64,000 nt of DNA from an uncultured Verrucomicrobiae bacterium (GCA_963812605.1 CAWEWF010000007.1:1-64000); one strand, 5' to 3'; positions 1 to 10,210 are shown, counted from the first letter of the stretch. Notes: generated by a model not told the origin, from the letters alone. Numbers and translations: made by a program.

Positions 1-700
1 CGAAGATCATGAACGCGCCGGTGACGAGCAGAAGGATTCCAATAACCAGCATGGTCCGCGAACCTGCCAACACGCCCGCGACGATTAAGGCGATGCCGCA
101 GAGAGCGGCAATAACGCCGCCTCGCAGTCGCGCTTTCTTGCCGCGTTGGTCAATGTTGCAGGCGAGTTTCATTTGTAACGCCGACTGGTCCAACTTCCCG
201 CAAATACCGCCGCCAACAATAAGCAAAATCACGACGACCCAGCGGAATTCCGGCAAGGGTGGGCCGATTTTCAGCCACGCGGGCCAGATCGCCCACAGCA
301 ACGCGGCCGCGCCAAGGAACGCCGCGCCAACCCAACCGAGAAACTCAAAGGTTTGCCGCTCTTCTTTAAGCGCCCCGCGCAATTGTGCGACGGTTTCTTT
401 GTCGAGCTTCAGCTTTTGCGCGGCGGCCTCCTCCAGCACCTGCTCATCGGTCACCGTGTTCAGGAATTCCTTCACCAGTTCGCGCGCATGATCGGCTTCG
501 TGCTCGAGCACAAAGATGCCGTTGACCTTGTCGCTGCCGGTGAGGTTCTCGACGGCATCCAGCGGTGCCATGGAAGGCGGGCTTTGCAACGTCGCTTCCA
601 CGCCATTGTCGCGCAGATAGCCGACAATGATATTGCCATCCCATTCGTCGCGCGCATGGTGCACGAGTACGAGGTTCTCCGAACGTTCCGTCTTGCCCAT
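1..700 (-). CDS. DUF2007-like (putative signal-transducing) domain plus transmembrane helices; runs off the left edge and may be two genes fused by an indel
   Basis: Translated by hand from ATG at 700 (not in the ORF track): MGKTERSENLVLVHHARDEWDGNIIVGYLRDNGVEA...GIFVLEHEADHARELVKEF, then hydrophobic segments. An in-frame ATG at 172 (MKLACNIDQRGKKARL...) looks like the start of a separate small membrane protein. Confidence 0.55.
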   Translation of the reverse strand, partial: MGKTERSENLVLVHHARDEWDGNIIVGYLRDNGVEATLQSPPSMAPLDAVENLTGSDKVNGIFVLEHEADHARELVKEFLNTVTDEQVLEEAAAQKLKLDKETVAQLRGALKEERQTFEFLGWVGAAFLGAAALLWAIWPAWLKIGPPLPEFRWVVVILLIVGGGICGKLDQSALQMKLACNIDQRGKKARLRGGVIAALCGIALIVAGVLAGSRTMLVIGILLLVTGAFMIF

Positions 701-760
701 GACTTACTCTAGTCGCTTTGCCGCGGTCTTTCCAATCGTTTTGTGCCTCAGGACCGGCGG

Positions 761-1151
761 TCAATCCTGGTTGAGTTCCTCGCGGATGCGGTTCACAAGG
801 TCGTCGATATAAAACGGTTTCTGGATGAAACCGCGCAACCCCGCCTCGAACATCTTGCGGGCCACCGTATCCTCGCAGCCGGTCAACAGGATCACCCGCA
901 CATTGGGGTTTTTTTGCCGGAGACATTCGAACACCAGGTCGCCCGTCATATCCGGCATCAGGTAATCCAGCAACACCACGCCAATCTCTGGCCCGCGTTT
1001 TTCGTAGAGCTTGATCCCTTCCTTCGCGCCCAGCGCGGTGAGCACTGGAAAATCCTTCCATCTCGAGACACTCCTTGATGATGTTGAGGATCTCCGGTTC
1101 GTCGTCGATGGCCAGGACCAATTTCGGTGGGCTGATGGGTTGTGCGTCCAT
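761..1151 (-). CDS. Single-domain response regulator receiver (apparent frameshift near 1050)
   Basis: N-half VLAIDDEPEILNIIKECLEMEGF is in one frame; C-half VVLLDYLMPDMTG...ILLTG...FIQKPF is in another. Confidence 0.85.
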
Positions 1152-1230
1152 AGTCGCGCCAGCATTGCCAATCCAACCATCCTCCATGTAACATGGCTTG
1201 ACTCCGCCGAGAAGCGAAATCGACTCCGAA

Positions 1231-2044
1231 ATGAGCATACAATTTCAAGAACAAGGTCGTCATCGTCACCGGTGCTTCCAGCGGCATCGGGTTGGAGACG
1301 GCCCTCGCCTTTGCCCGGGCCGGTGCCCGGGTCGTCCTCGCCGCGCGCACGCAAACAAAATTGCAGGCGGTCGTGGATGCGCATCCGGACTTGCGCGAGC
1401 GCCTTCATATCGTCCCCGCCGACGTGACGAAGGACGAAGATGTGCGGCGGCTGGTCGCGACCACGATCGCGCAACTCGGTCGCGTGGACATTTTGGTCAA
1501 CAATGCCGGCATCGGTATGCGCGCTGCTATCGCGGAAACGCCGCTCGATGACGCTCACTCGCTTATGGAAGTAAATTTTTGCGGCCCGCTCCGCTGCATC
1601 CAGGCCGTCCTGCCACACATGCGGCGACAAGGGACCGGCCAAATCGTCAACGTCGGCAGCGTGCTGAGCGCCGTGGTCACAGTGCGCAACGGTATCTACT
1701 GTGCCAGCAAGTTTGCCCTGCTGGCGTTGACCGACACGTTGCGAATGGAACTGCACGGCACGGGCATCGAGGTCATTTCTGTATTGCCGGCCTACACGGA
1801 GACGCCGTTCTTCGATCACATGTACCGCTACGGCAACGTGGCCCGCATGAGCCCATTCAAGGGCCAACACCCTTCGCAAGTCGCCCGCGCCATCCTCCGC
1901 GCGTGCTCGCGCCACAAACGCCAGGTGGTGTTGACGCTTTCCGCCCGCGTCGCCATCTGGTTGCGCCGCTTCTCCCCGCCCCTTCTGGATTTCATCGTGC
2001 GCCTAACAGGTCAGAAAGCCGCAAAAGCCGAATCGAACACCTGA
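1231..2044 (+). CDS. Short-chain dehydrogenase/reductase (apparent frameshift just after the start)
   Basis: KVVIVTGASSGIG, NNAG and YCASK motifs. The ATG at 1231 is out of frame with the body. Confidence 0.9.
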
Positions 2045-2107
2045 GCGCTTGTTGGGAATGCCGGAGTCGGCATTGACGACGACCTGCAGGCGTGGCAAAC
2101 TAGGGGT

Positions 2108-2368
2108 GTGACCGCAGCCCAGATTATCCAGGAAATCAAAGCGCTCCCGCGCGACGAGCAGCGCCGCGTGTTGATGGAAGCGATCGGCGAAGTTTCGGCT
2201 CACGAACGCAAGGACATTGGCAAACTGCTGCGCCGTGTGCAACGCCGCTTGGAGCATCCTGAGATTTCTGAAGACGTGTGGGAGGGCTACGAACAGGCCG
2301 AAGACGGTAAACTGGTTGATTTGGACACGGCGCTTACGCAACCCTACCAGCCGCCTGCGCACTCGTGA
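2108..2368 (+). CDS. Putative type II antitoxin
   Basis: 86 aa, MTAAQIIQEIKALPRDEQ; overlaps the downstream RelE-like gene by 4 nt. Confidence 0.65.
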   Translation: MTAAQIIQEIKALPRDEQRRVLMEAIGEVSAHERKDIGKLLRRVQRRLEHPEISEDVWEGYEQAEDGKLVDLDTALTQPYQPPAHS

Positions 2369-2640
2369 GCTACCGTTACCGGGCCACACCCCAATTCTGG
2401 AAGAACTTCCACTCACTGTCGCCAACGCAGAAGGATTCGACGCGCGAAAAGTTCCGAATCTTTCACGAAAACCCGTTTGATCCGCGATTGCGTACGCACA
2501 AAATTCAATCACCGTCGTCGTTATTCAAGCGAACGATCCATGCCGTGGTTATTGAGGGCGACCTGCGCGCTCTGTTCTATATCGAAGGCGACTTGGTCAT
2601 AACCTTTAATATCGGTACCCATGAGATTTATAGGGCGTGA
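2365..2640 (+). CDS. RelE/ParE/YafQ-superfamily toxin
   Basis: 91 aa with FWKNF...NPFDPRLRTHK...DLRALF...IGTHEIY pattern. Confidence 0.8.
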   Translation: MSYRYRATPQFWKNFHSLSPTQKDSTREKFRIFHENPFDPRLRTHKIQSPSSLFKRTIHAVVIEGDLRALFYIEGDLVITFNIGTHEIYRA

Positions 2641-2695
2641 CGCCTTGCGACATCCGCTTGCATGAGAAATTCCACTTGGTCATTCGTAGACGACG

Positions 2696-3238
2696 TTATA
2701 GTTGCGCAAACGCATTCTTGAACACCTGATAGCTTGCGTCATCGTAGAGGCAGAACAGGACACGCTCGAGTTTGGTTTCCCCGTGCAGATAATCGGCGGC
2801 TTCTTGCAACAGCAACGGTGCGGCGCGGTCGATGGGGAAACCGTAGATGCCGGTGCTAATTGCAGGAAACGCGATTGATTTCAAACCTTTCTCCTCGGCC
2901 AGCGCCAAACTCTTCCGCACTGCCTTGCGCAACAAATCGTCAGCCTCCACCGGACGGTGCTCGCTCCAAACCGGGCCGACCGTGTGAATGACGAACTTTG
3001 CCGGCAGTCTCCCGCCACTGGTAACCACCGCTTCACCGGTTGCCAGCGTCCCGCGCTTTTTGATGAGCGCATCGGATTCCTGCTGGATAGTTGGTCCACC
3101 CTTGCGCACAATGGCTGCTGCCACGCCACCACCATGCCGCAGGTATTCGTTCGCCGCGTTCACAATCGCGTCCACTGGCAACGCGGTGATGTCGCCTTGC
3201 ACGATTTCCAGTGTCGCGTGGCCGATGGTTTTCTTCAT
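2696..3238 (-). CDS. Macrodomain protein (YmdB/MacroD-like ADP-ribose hydrolase)
   Basis: GDIT, IVNAAN, GGGVAAAI, VIHTVGP and SIAFPAISTGIYGFP motifs. Confidence 0.95.
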   Translation of the reverse strand: MKKTIGHATLEIVQGDITALPVDAIVNAANEYLRHGGGVAAAIVRKGGPTIQQESDALIKKRGTLATGEAVVTSGGRLPAKFVIHTVGPVWSEHRPVEADDLLRKAVRKSLALAEEKGLKSIAFPAISTGIYGFPIDRAAPLLLQEAADYLHGETKLERVLFCLYDDASYQVFKNAFAQL

Positions 3239-3277
3239 TGGATGGAACCTTTACCACAAAACGGTGTCGAGAGGATT

Positions 3278-4423
3278 ATGAAAACGATTATCCCCTTTTG
3301 CGCGGTCGCGCTCCTGGCCACGACCGCCCAGGCGCGGGTCAAGCTGGTGGCCTTGCCGGAGCGGGCCCGGGTCGTAGTATCGCTCACCAATCCCGAGGCC
3401 ACGCTCGTGGAGGAGGAACGAGTGATCACCCTGCAGAAAGGCGTCAACCAGGTCGATTTCTCCTGGCAGGCGGTCAACATCGATCCCACGTCGATCCAGG
3501 TGCGGATGCTCAAAAACCCCGCCAAAGTGCTTGTGCTCAACACGAGCTACCCGCCGAACGAGACCGCGTTGATCTGGGAAATCAGCAGCCCGGAGGCCCA
3601 GGAGGAACGCGTCCGCATTTCCTACCTCTTGCAGGGCATTGGCCGCGACATCGTGTACAAGGCCGTGGCCGAGCCCGACGAGAAGACGCTGGCGCTTCGC
3701 AATTACCTGCGCCTGCGCAACGACTCCGGCGAAGACTTCACCGATGCGGAAATCCGGATCGGTTATGGCGCTGATTTCACGCGCGGCATCGAGAACGGCG
3801 AAGTCCTGGAGTTGCTCTCGGAACGGCTGGACACCGTGAGCTTGCGAAAAGAACTGCGCTGGGACGCCGCCGTGCAACCCTGGGACCCCGAATACCAGAA
3901 ACAGACCATCGGCCTGCCGCTTTCTTACGTGATCAAGAATGATGGGGCTTCGAAGCTCGGCGCGCATACGTTCCTGCCGGGCAAGGCGCGTCTCTTCATC
4001 AAGACCGGCGCGACGGGCGACGGCGTTGCCTTCACCGGCGAGGACTGGGTGGAACTGACGCCGGTCGACCGCGAGATGAGGTTGTCCATCGGCCAGGGCC
4101 GCGATGTGAAGGTCACGCAACGCAAGATGAAAGACGAAAAAATCAATATCCGCCGGAATGTTTGGAACCAAAGCGTCCTCTGGGACACCGAGGAGGAGTA
4201 CAAGATCGAGATCGAGAATTTCAAGAAGTCGCCGGCGGACCTGGTAGTGGTCGAACATGTCCCCGGCTACTGGAAAATGGCGAAGACCTCGGACGCATAC
4301 GACCGGAAGGACGCGTTCACCATCGAATACCACCTCACCTTGCCGCAGGAATCGAAGAAAACGATCACGTTCGCGCTGAACCGCCTGAACGTCCAGGGCG
4401 ATAACGAACCGAGGAGTTACTGA
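3278..4423 (+). CDS. Secreted DUF4139-family protein
   Basis: Signal peptide MKTIIPFCAVALLATTAQA; LVEEER...LQKG.N...IDPTS; RNDSGEDF; C-terminal EIENFK...VVVEH. Confidence 0.7.
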   Translation: MKTIIPFCAVALLATTAQARVKLVALPERARVVVSLTNPEATLVEEERVITLQKGVNQVDFSWQAVNIDPTSIQVRMLKNPAKVLVLNTSYPPNETALIWEISSPEAQEERVRISYLLQGIGRDIVYKAVAEPDEKTLALRNYLRLRNDSGEDFTDAEIRIGYGADFTRGIENGEVLELLSERLDTVSLRKELRWDAAVQPWDPEYQKQTIGLPLSYVIKNDGASKLGAHTFLPGKARLFIKTGATGDGVAFTGEDWVELTPVDREMRLSIGQGRDVKVTQRKMKDEKINIRRNVWNQSVLWDTEEEYKIEIENFKKSPADLVVVEHVPGYWKMAKTSDAYDRKDAFTIEYHLTLPQESKKTITFALNRLNVQGDNEPRSY

Positions 4424-4424
4424 T

Positions 4425-5741
4425 ATGAAGCGGGTACTGTTTCACCTTTGTCTCTGGTCTTTGGCCACGACTGCCTTCGCGCGCCTTAATGTCGTCACGT
4501 TGCCAGGCCGCGACTCCGTGCAACTCACCATCTACAATTCCGCCGACCTCACACTCGTGCGCGAGACGCGCTACCTCACCTTCCGCAAAGGTTTGAACAA
4601 ACTCGAATTCTCCTGGGCCAACACGCTGATCGATCCGACTTCCGTCGAATTTCGCGCGCTCACCCACGCCGACAAGGTGGAGGTGCTCGACGTCAGTTTC
4701 CCGCCGCGCGTCACCAACACGCTGGAGTGGCGCATTAATAGTGAAGTCGCCGGCGAGGTGCAGGTGGAAATCCGCTATTTCACGAGCGGGATCAGTTGGA
4801 GCGCCGATTACGTTGCCGAGGCGAGCCGCGACGAGAAACGGATGGACCTCACCGGCGCCGTCCGCGTGAACAACAACAGCGGCGAGGATTACGAGAACGC
4901 CGAGATCCGGCTGGTGGTCGGCGTGATCAAACTGGTCCAGGATATCGCGGACCTGGCGCGACAAGGTCATCCTGAGGCGCAGAATATGCCCACAACACTT
5001 GCTCTTGAAGAGTTGGACCAAAAAGATGGTCGTGATCGCGCCTTTGCCGCGATGTCCAGCGCCGGCGCGGTCTCGGCGGCTCGCCCTCGAGAGATCATCA
5101 AGGAAGGCCTCTCCGAGTATTTCCTCTATACGGTCGAAGGCCGCGACACGATTCCCAACGGCTGGTCGAAGCGATTGCCGTCGTTTCAGGCATTGGATTT
5201 GCCGGTCGCCAGCTACTACAAGTTCGAGCGGGAGCAATGGGGCGATCAGGTGATGCGGTTTTACCGATTCAAGAACGACAAGGAGAACAAGCTCGGCAAC
5301 GAACCGCTTCCCGACGGCGATGTGAAAGCCTTCCGATTTGTAACCGCGGACAAACTCTATTCGTTCGTCGGCCGCACCGCCGTGAAATACATCCCCATCG
5401 GCGAACAGGTGGAGATGAAACTGGGCAACGACCAGGAAGTCCTCTGCAAGCCCACGTTGATGAATTGGGAGAAGACCGACATTCACTTCGACGGCAATGG
5501 CGCTGTCACCGGCTGGACGATCAAGGAGACATGGCAGGTCGAGGCGCAGAACTCCAAGGACATCGACATTACCCTCGACGTGCGCCGCAATTTCACCGGT
5601 GACTGGTCACTGGCGACGGATACGAAGTACGAGAAAGTGGACGCGTCTAAGGTCAAATTCATCATTCCCTTGAAATCACGGGAACAACAGAAACTGGCCT
5701 ACGAAGTCACCACGAGGTTTGGAACCAATGCAACGCGCTAG
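4425..5741 (+). CDS. Secreted DUF4139-family protein (paralog of the upstream gene)
   Basis: Signal peptide; QLTIYNSADLTLVRETR, IDPTSV, GISWSADY, NNSGEDYENA, EPLPDG motifs. Confidence 0.8.
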   Translation: MKRVLFHLCLWSLATTAFARLNVVTLPGRDSVQLTIYNSADLTLVRETRYLTFRKGLNKLEFSWANTLIDPTSVEFRALTHADKVEVLDVSFPPRVTNTLEWRINSEVAGEVQVEIRYFTSGISWSADYVAEASRDEKRMDLTGAVRVNNNSGEDYENAEIRLVVGVIKLVQDIADLARQGHPEAQNMPTTLALEELDQKDGRDRAFAAMSSAGAVSAARPREIIKEGLSEYFLYTVEGRDTIPNGWSKRLPSFQALDLPVASYYKFEREQWGDQVMRFYRFKNDKENKLGNEPLPDGDVKAFRFVTADKLYSFVGRTAVKYIPIGEQVEMKLGNDQEVLCKPTLMNWEKTDIHFDGNGAVTGWTIKETWQVEAQNSKDIDITLDVRRNFTGDWSLATDTKYEKVDASKVKFIIPLKSREQQKLAYEVTTRFGTNATR

Positions 5742-6213
5742 ACTTGCGACATTCCTTCTGTCCGTGCTTCTCGGTTGCGCCCCGGCTCCTCACGAAACCG
5801 CTCAGCAGGTTTTCGAGCGCACCATCCGCGAGTACCATCTGCCTTCCGCGGAGGCCTCCGGAACCGAGCGCGAGAAATTGCTCGCCGAGTCGGCAACGGG
5901 TTACGAGCAAGTCTTGCGGCTGGGCAAGAACGACCACCCGCTTTGCGCGTCCGCGCTTTGCAGTCTTGGCAATGTCCGCGCCGAACAGGGTCGTCTGGAC
6001 GAAGCCGTGAAACTCTGGTCCCAGGTTGGCCGGCGGTATCCTGCCTGCGATTGGGAAGTCCTGCAGGCCTGGAAATCCGCCGCTGATTTGTTGTGGGACG
6101 CCGGCCGAAAAAGCGACGCCGCCCCGTTCTACCGCCAGATTTTCCAGCGCTTCCGTTCCGCGCCTTCACCCATTATGCAAACCGTGGCTCGCGCCGCCAG
6201 CCGTCGCCTCTAG
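5728..6213 (+). CDS. TPR-like lipoprotein
   Basis: Lipobox LLGC; ALCSLGNVRAEQGRLDEAVKLW TPR-type helix pair. Confidence 0.65.
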   Translation: MQRARLATFLLSVLLGCAPAPHETAQQVFERTIREYHLPSAEASGTEREKLLAESATGYEQVLRLGKNDHPLCASALCSLGNVRAEQGRLDEAVKLWSQVGRRYPACDWEVLQAWKSAADLLWDAGRKSDAAPFYRQIFQRFRSAPSPIMQTVARAASRRL

Positions 6214-6218
6214 CCGGT

Positions 6219-6235
6219 TTTTACATACGTTTTAC
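6219..6235 (+). promoter_or_regulatory. Direct-repeat box TTTTAC-ATACG-TTTTAC upstream of the OmpR-family regulator
   Basis: 11-bp periodic hexamer repeat; same pattern at 8702 and, inverted, at 10194. Confidence 0.65.
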
Positions 6236-6280
6236 GTTGCCCTGTCGGCGCGCGGGATTACACTCCCGTTTGGCAACGCC

Positions 6281-6961
6281 ATGAAAATCCTCGTCGTTGA
6301 AGATGACACGTTGTTGCGGGACGGGCTGGCGGACCTGCTCAAGGGGGCGGGCCATACCGTCGATACGGTGTCCGATGGCCTCACGGCAACCAAGCGCGGC
6401 TTGGATCCCGAACTCGACCTTGTCCTGCTCGACATCATGTTGCCCAAGCTTGACGGCGTCGAGGTCTGCCACCGGCTCCGCAAAGCCCGCCCCGACCTGC
6501 CGATCCTCATGCTCACAGCCAAGGGCGCCGAGGAAGACAAAGTCCGCGGTTTGAAAACCGGCGCGGACGATTATGTGACCAAACCGTTCGGTACGCGCGA
6601 ACTTCTCGCCCGCATTGCGGCGCTCGGACGCCGCGCCAAATCCGCGCCCGCGGAACCGGAAATCATTGAGATCGACGGCTGTCGCTTTGACCTCGGACAT
6701 TGCGAGGCGCGCCGGGATTCCAGGATGATTCCGCTCACCCCGCGCGAGGTTGGCATCTTGCGCTGGCTGCATCGGCACAAGGCGCGAGCGGTTTCGCGCA
6801 GCGAATTACTCGAACAGGTCTGGGGCGCAAACGCGAAAATGGAAACCCGCACCGTTGACGTGACCATTGCCAATCTCCGCCAGAAAATTGAGCGCGACCA
6901 CTCCGACCCCAAAATCATTTCTTCCGTCAAAGGCATCGGCTACGCCTGGGGCAAACCATGA
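6281..6961 (+). CDS. OmpR/PhoB-family response regulator
   Basis: MKILVVEDD, LLDIMLP, GADDYVTKPF; winged helix with RTVDVTIANLRQKIE and VKGIGY. Confidence 0.95.
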   Translation: MKILVVEDDTLLRDGLADLLKGAGHTVDTVSDGLTATKRGLDPELDLVLLDIMLPKLDGVEVCHRLRKARPDLPILMLTAKGAEEDKVRGLKTGADDYVTKPFGTRELLARIAALGRRAKSAPAEPEIIEIDGCRFDLGHCEARRDSRMIPLTPREVGILRWLHRHKARAVSRSELLEQVWGANAKMETRTVDVTIANLRQKIERDHSDPKIISSVKGIGYAWGKP

Positions 6962-8691
6962 AATTCTGGCGCAGCCGCACAACCCTAGCGCTGGTGCTGA
7001 CAATTGCGGCGCTCGTTGTGCCGTGCGCCGCGTGGTACGTCGCCGGTATGCGGGAAGTGCAACGCGACGCGGCGCAGATCGAGTCCGGTCCGCGTCGAAT
7101 CGCGACGGACACCGCCACGCACCTCGCGAGGCGTCTGCAAGAGCGTCTCGACGCGCTGCTCGAAGCGGAATCGAACCGGCCCTTCTACCATTACCAGTCG
7201 CTCTACCATGACCCGAAAGGCGCATCCGAAGGCGCATCCGTTGTCCCCTCGCCACTGGCACAAGGACCAACCGACCCGTTTATCCGCGCCTACTTTCAAA
7301 TCGATCCCGGTGGACGCGTCACCCTCCCCACGCTGCCCGAAGGAGATCTGGACGCCATCGATCAGCAGCGGGCCGTCGCGGAACAGGCCATTCAGAAGGA
7401 CTTGCAATCGGCGGCGCGCGCTTCGGTCTGCGTGGCATCCCTCCAACAAGGGCAACAACAACCGCGCTACGAAGTGATGGAATCTGACGCATACCTGCAG
7501 AATGCGCAAGCCATCCAAATCTATTCCGACCTGAAAAGCGGCAGCAATCTTGTCCGGAGAGCGATGTCGCCGAAGGACGAAAAGCAGAAAACGGTCGCCA
7601 TCGCGGTTGGCCCATTCCAGTGGTGCTCCATGCAAATGTCCAATGGTCTGACCCTCGTTGCCTTGCGCGACGTCACGACACCTGAAGGGGTCCTTGTCCA
7701 GGGTTTTGTCATTTCCAGTGAAGCGGTTGCCGAATCTTTCAGGAACGCCGCGTTGCCCGCCCGCTTCCTGCCCAACGCCAGCCCGGGAGCTTATGTGGTC
7801 GGCGCACGGCTGGACAGCGCTGGTTGGTACGTCGTTGTCAGTGCGGCGAAGGAATTCGATGCGGCCCATTTGCGGGTGCATCGGTCGGAAGCCAATTTTC
7901 TGGAGTTTTTCCTGGCCGGCGTCGGAGCGGCAAGTGTGGCGGGGCTGTGTGTGGTGGTGCTGGTGTGGCAGACGGAACAGCTCGCCCGTCAGCGTTCGCA
8001 ATTTGCGGCCTCTGCCGCTCACGAACTGCGCACACCGCTCGCCGGCCTTCGCATGTACAGCGAAATGCTGGCCGAGGGATTGGGCGACCCGTCCCGCGCG
8101 AAAGACTACGCCCGCCGGGCGGCCGAAGAAGCCGCGCGCCTGGGCCGTGTCGTTTCCAACGTACTCGGCTTTACCCGTCTGGAACGCGGCGCCCTCCAGG
8201 TGCGTCCCGAGCCCGGCGACCTGGCGGCTGTCGTGCGCGACTGTGTCGACCGCCAGCGCCCCGCGTTGGAAGCCGCCGGTGCCAGTCTGGAACTCTCGGT
8301 TGCCGATGATCTGTCGGCGATGAGATTCGACCGTGATGCCGTCGCGGAGATTCTCCAGAACCTTATTGATAACGCTGAGAAATACAGCCGACTCGCGAAG
8401 GATCGGAAGATTCAGGTTTTTTTGAGTTGCCAGCGCGAAGGACGCGAAGAGGGGCGGTCCGCGGGGTTGGGCGCTACAATCACTGTTTCCGACCGCGGTC
8501 CCGGCGTTCCGCTGGACATGCGGCGACGGCTCTTTCGCCCATTTGTACGCGGCGGTCGTGACGATGCGCCGGCGGGACTCGGTCTCGGCTTGGCGCTGGT
8601 GAAAGCCCTGGCGGAGGCCCACCGGGGCGCCGTTAGCTACGAAGCCAGGCCCGACGGCGGCAGTGTTTTCACGGTTTTTCTCCCCCAATAG
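6958..8691 (+). CDS. Membrane sensor histidine kinase
   Basis: Two TM segments; H-box AHELRTPL, N-box NLIDNAEKY, DRGPG, GLGLGL. Confidence 0.95.
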   Translation: MKFWRSRTTLALVLTIAALVVPCAAWYVAGMREVQRDAAQIESGPRRIATDTATHLARRLQERLDALLEAESNRPFYHYQSLYHDPKGASEGASVVPSPLAQGPTDPFIRAYFQIDPGGRVTLPTLPEGDLDAIDQQRAVAEQAIQKDLQSAARASVCVASLQQGQQQPRYEVMESDAYLQNAQAIQIYSDLKSGSNLVRRAMSPKDEKQKTVAIAVGPFQWCSMQMSNGLTLVALRDVTTPEGVLVQGFVISSEAVAESFRNAALPARFLPNASPGAYVVGARLDSAGWYVVVSAAKEFDAAHLRVHRSEANFLEFFLAGVGAASVAGLCVVVLVWQTEQLARQRSQFAASAAHELRTPLAGLRMYSEMLAEGLGDPSRAKDYARRAAEEAARLGRVVSNVLGFTRLERGALQVRPEPGDLAAVVRDCVDRQRPALEAAGASLELSVADDLSAMRFDRDAVAEILQNLIDNAEKYSRLAKDRKIQVFLSCQREGREEGRSAGLGATITVSDRGPGVPLDMRRRLFRPFVRGGRDDAPAGLGLGLALVKALAEAHRGAVSYEARPDGGSVFTVFLPQ

Positions 8692-8701
8692 CGTGGCAGA
8701 G

Positions 8702-8718
8702 TTTTACACGCCTTTTAC
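8702..8718 (+). promoter_or_regulatory. Direct-repeat box TTTTAC-ACGCC-TTTTAC
   Basis: Intergenic copy of the 6219 box; TATACT -10-like hexamer follows near 8741. Confidence 0.65.
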
Positions 8719-8781
8719 TTAACAGATTGCCGTCCCGCCTTATACTTCTCTCGTGGACAAAAGAACCAACCGGAAGCTGCC

Positions 8782-9945
8782 ATGAGGCTCCATACCATGT
8801 TACTGGCGATGGCTTTAGCATTGGGGTTGGCCGCTTTTGGTTTCGCAGTTCAAAATCCGGGCGAAACGGGGCTGATCGTGCATGAGTGGGGCACATTCAC
8901 TTCAATTGCCGGCGAAGACGGCCTGGCGCTTGACTGGAGACCGCTCGCAGCCACGAACGACCTGCCGCATTTCATTCATGATTTGGCCGACGCCGATGGA
9001 TTTCGCCACGACTGCTTGAAATGCGATTTGACCGGCAAGATCCGGATGGAGACGCCCGTGCTTTACTTCTACACGGACCGCGACACCGACGTGACGGTGC
9101 GGGTTGATTTCCCGAAAGGCACCCTCACGGAATGGTATCCGAACGTGCGCACGGTTGGGTCGAGCATCGATTGGGGGCGCATTGCCGTCCTGCCTCACGC
9201 CACGACCAATCTCCCCGTGGAAACCGGTCCGAATCGCTACTACGCGGCCCGCGAGACGGATGCGGCGCTCCTGCGCGTCTGCAACACGACCGGGCGCGCG
9301 ACGGAGTTCGAAAAGTTTTTGTTTTACCGTGGCGTGGGAGGGTTCGAACCGCCGGTTTCGGTGAAGTTGGACGGCAACCGTCTCCAGCTCGCCGGGCTTG
9401 GCGGTATTTCGCAGGTGATTGTGTTCGAAAATCACGGCGGCAACGTCGGGTTCCGCATTGTTGCCCCGGATGCGGATACCACGACCATTGAGCGCCCAGT
9501 GCTCGGCGATTCGCTCGGGACATTACTGGCGGCGATGCAGCAAACGCTCGTTTCACAGGGCCTCTACGAGAAGGAAGCGAAGGCGATGCTGGAAACGTGG
9601 CGCGACTCGTGGTTCGAGGACGGACTGCGCGTTTTCTGCATTCTGCCACGCCGCGTAACGGACAGTGTATTGCCGATCACGATCAGCCCGCAACCGACGC
9701 AACTCGTGCGGGTGCTGGTCGGTCGAATTGAAATCATCACGCCCGAAATGGAGAACGCGATTCGTGCCGAGTGGAATCAGTTGGAGGATCCGTCGCCCGC
9801 GGTACGCGGTGCGGCGCGGATAGCATTGCGCCAGGCCGGACGTTTTGCCGAGCCGATCCTCAAACGAACTATTGCGCGGAGACAACGACATTACGCATGC
9901 GGGCCTCGCCGAAGGAATTTGGGGGTGACACCATGGGTCGTTTAG
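8782..9945 (+). CDS. Uncharacterised exported protein (VHEWGTFTS family); C-terminus HEAT-like and possibly frameshifted
   Basis: Signal peptide; IVHEWGTFTS, RMETPVLYFY, FLFYRGVG, GLYEKEAKAMLETW blocks. Confidence 0.75.
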   Translation: MRLHTMLLAMALALGLAAFGFAVQNPGETGLIVHEWGTFTSIAGEDGLALDWRPLAATNDLPHFIHDLADADGFRHDCLKCDLTGKIRMETPVLYFYTDRDTDVTVRVDFPKGTLTEWYPNVRTVGSSIDWGRIAVLPHATTNLPVETGPNRYYAARETDAALLRVCNTTGRATEFEKFLFYRGVGGFEPPVSVKLDGNRLQLAGLGGISQVIVFENHGGNVGFRIVAPDADTTTIERPVLGDSLGTLLAAMQQTLVSQGLYEKEAKAMLETWRDSWFEDGLRVFCILPRRVTDSVLPITISPQPTQLVRVLVGRIEIITPEMENAIRAEWNQLEDPSPAVRGAARIALRQAGRFAEPILKRTIARRQRHYACGPRRRNLGVTPWVV

Positions 9946-10193
9946 GAATGTGTGCCCACGCAAGCCAAACGAAACATGAACCATGCTCATGGTGTCACAC
10001 CCATTGAGTTTCAGTCGCCAAGCGTTATCGGTGCTGCAGGGGAGGAGTTCGGTACTGTTACAGTTTGACCCACATTTCCCGGATTCGCTTCACAAATCAA
10101 GGTTAGCGACATACAATGGAGCCGCATAAACAAAGAGGCTGAATAAGCCACGATGGCCCGGGAGCGTATGTCATATGGGAAATGTCGGCTAAT

Positions 10194-10210
10194 GTAAAAA
10201 GTGTGTAAAA
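10194..10210 (-). promoter_or_regulatory. Inverted copy of the TTTTAC-N5-TTTTAC box (GTAAAA-AGTGT-GTAAAA)
   Basis: Upstream of the 10273 gene; TAATAT/TATAAT follows at about 10215-10224. Confidence 0.55.

Noticed and set aside
2108-3238. Macrodomain next to a toxin as a DarTG-like system
   Set aside because: The toxin is RelE-like, not an ADP-ribosyltransferase; the macro gene is convergent, stand-alone and YmdB-like.
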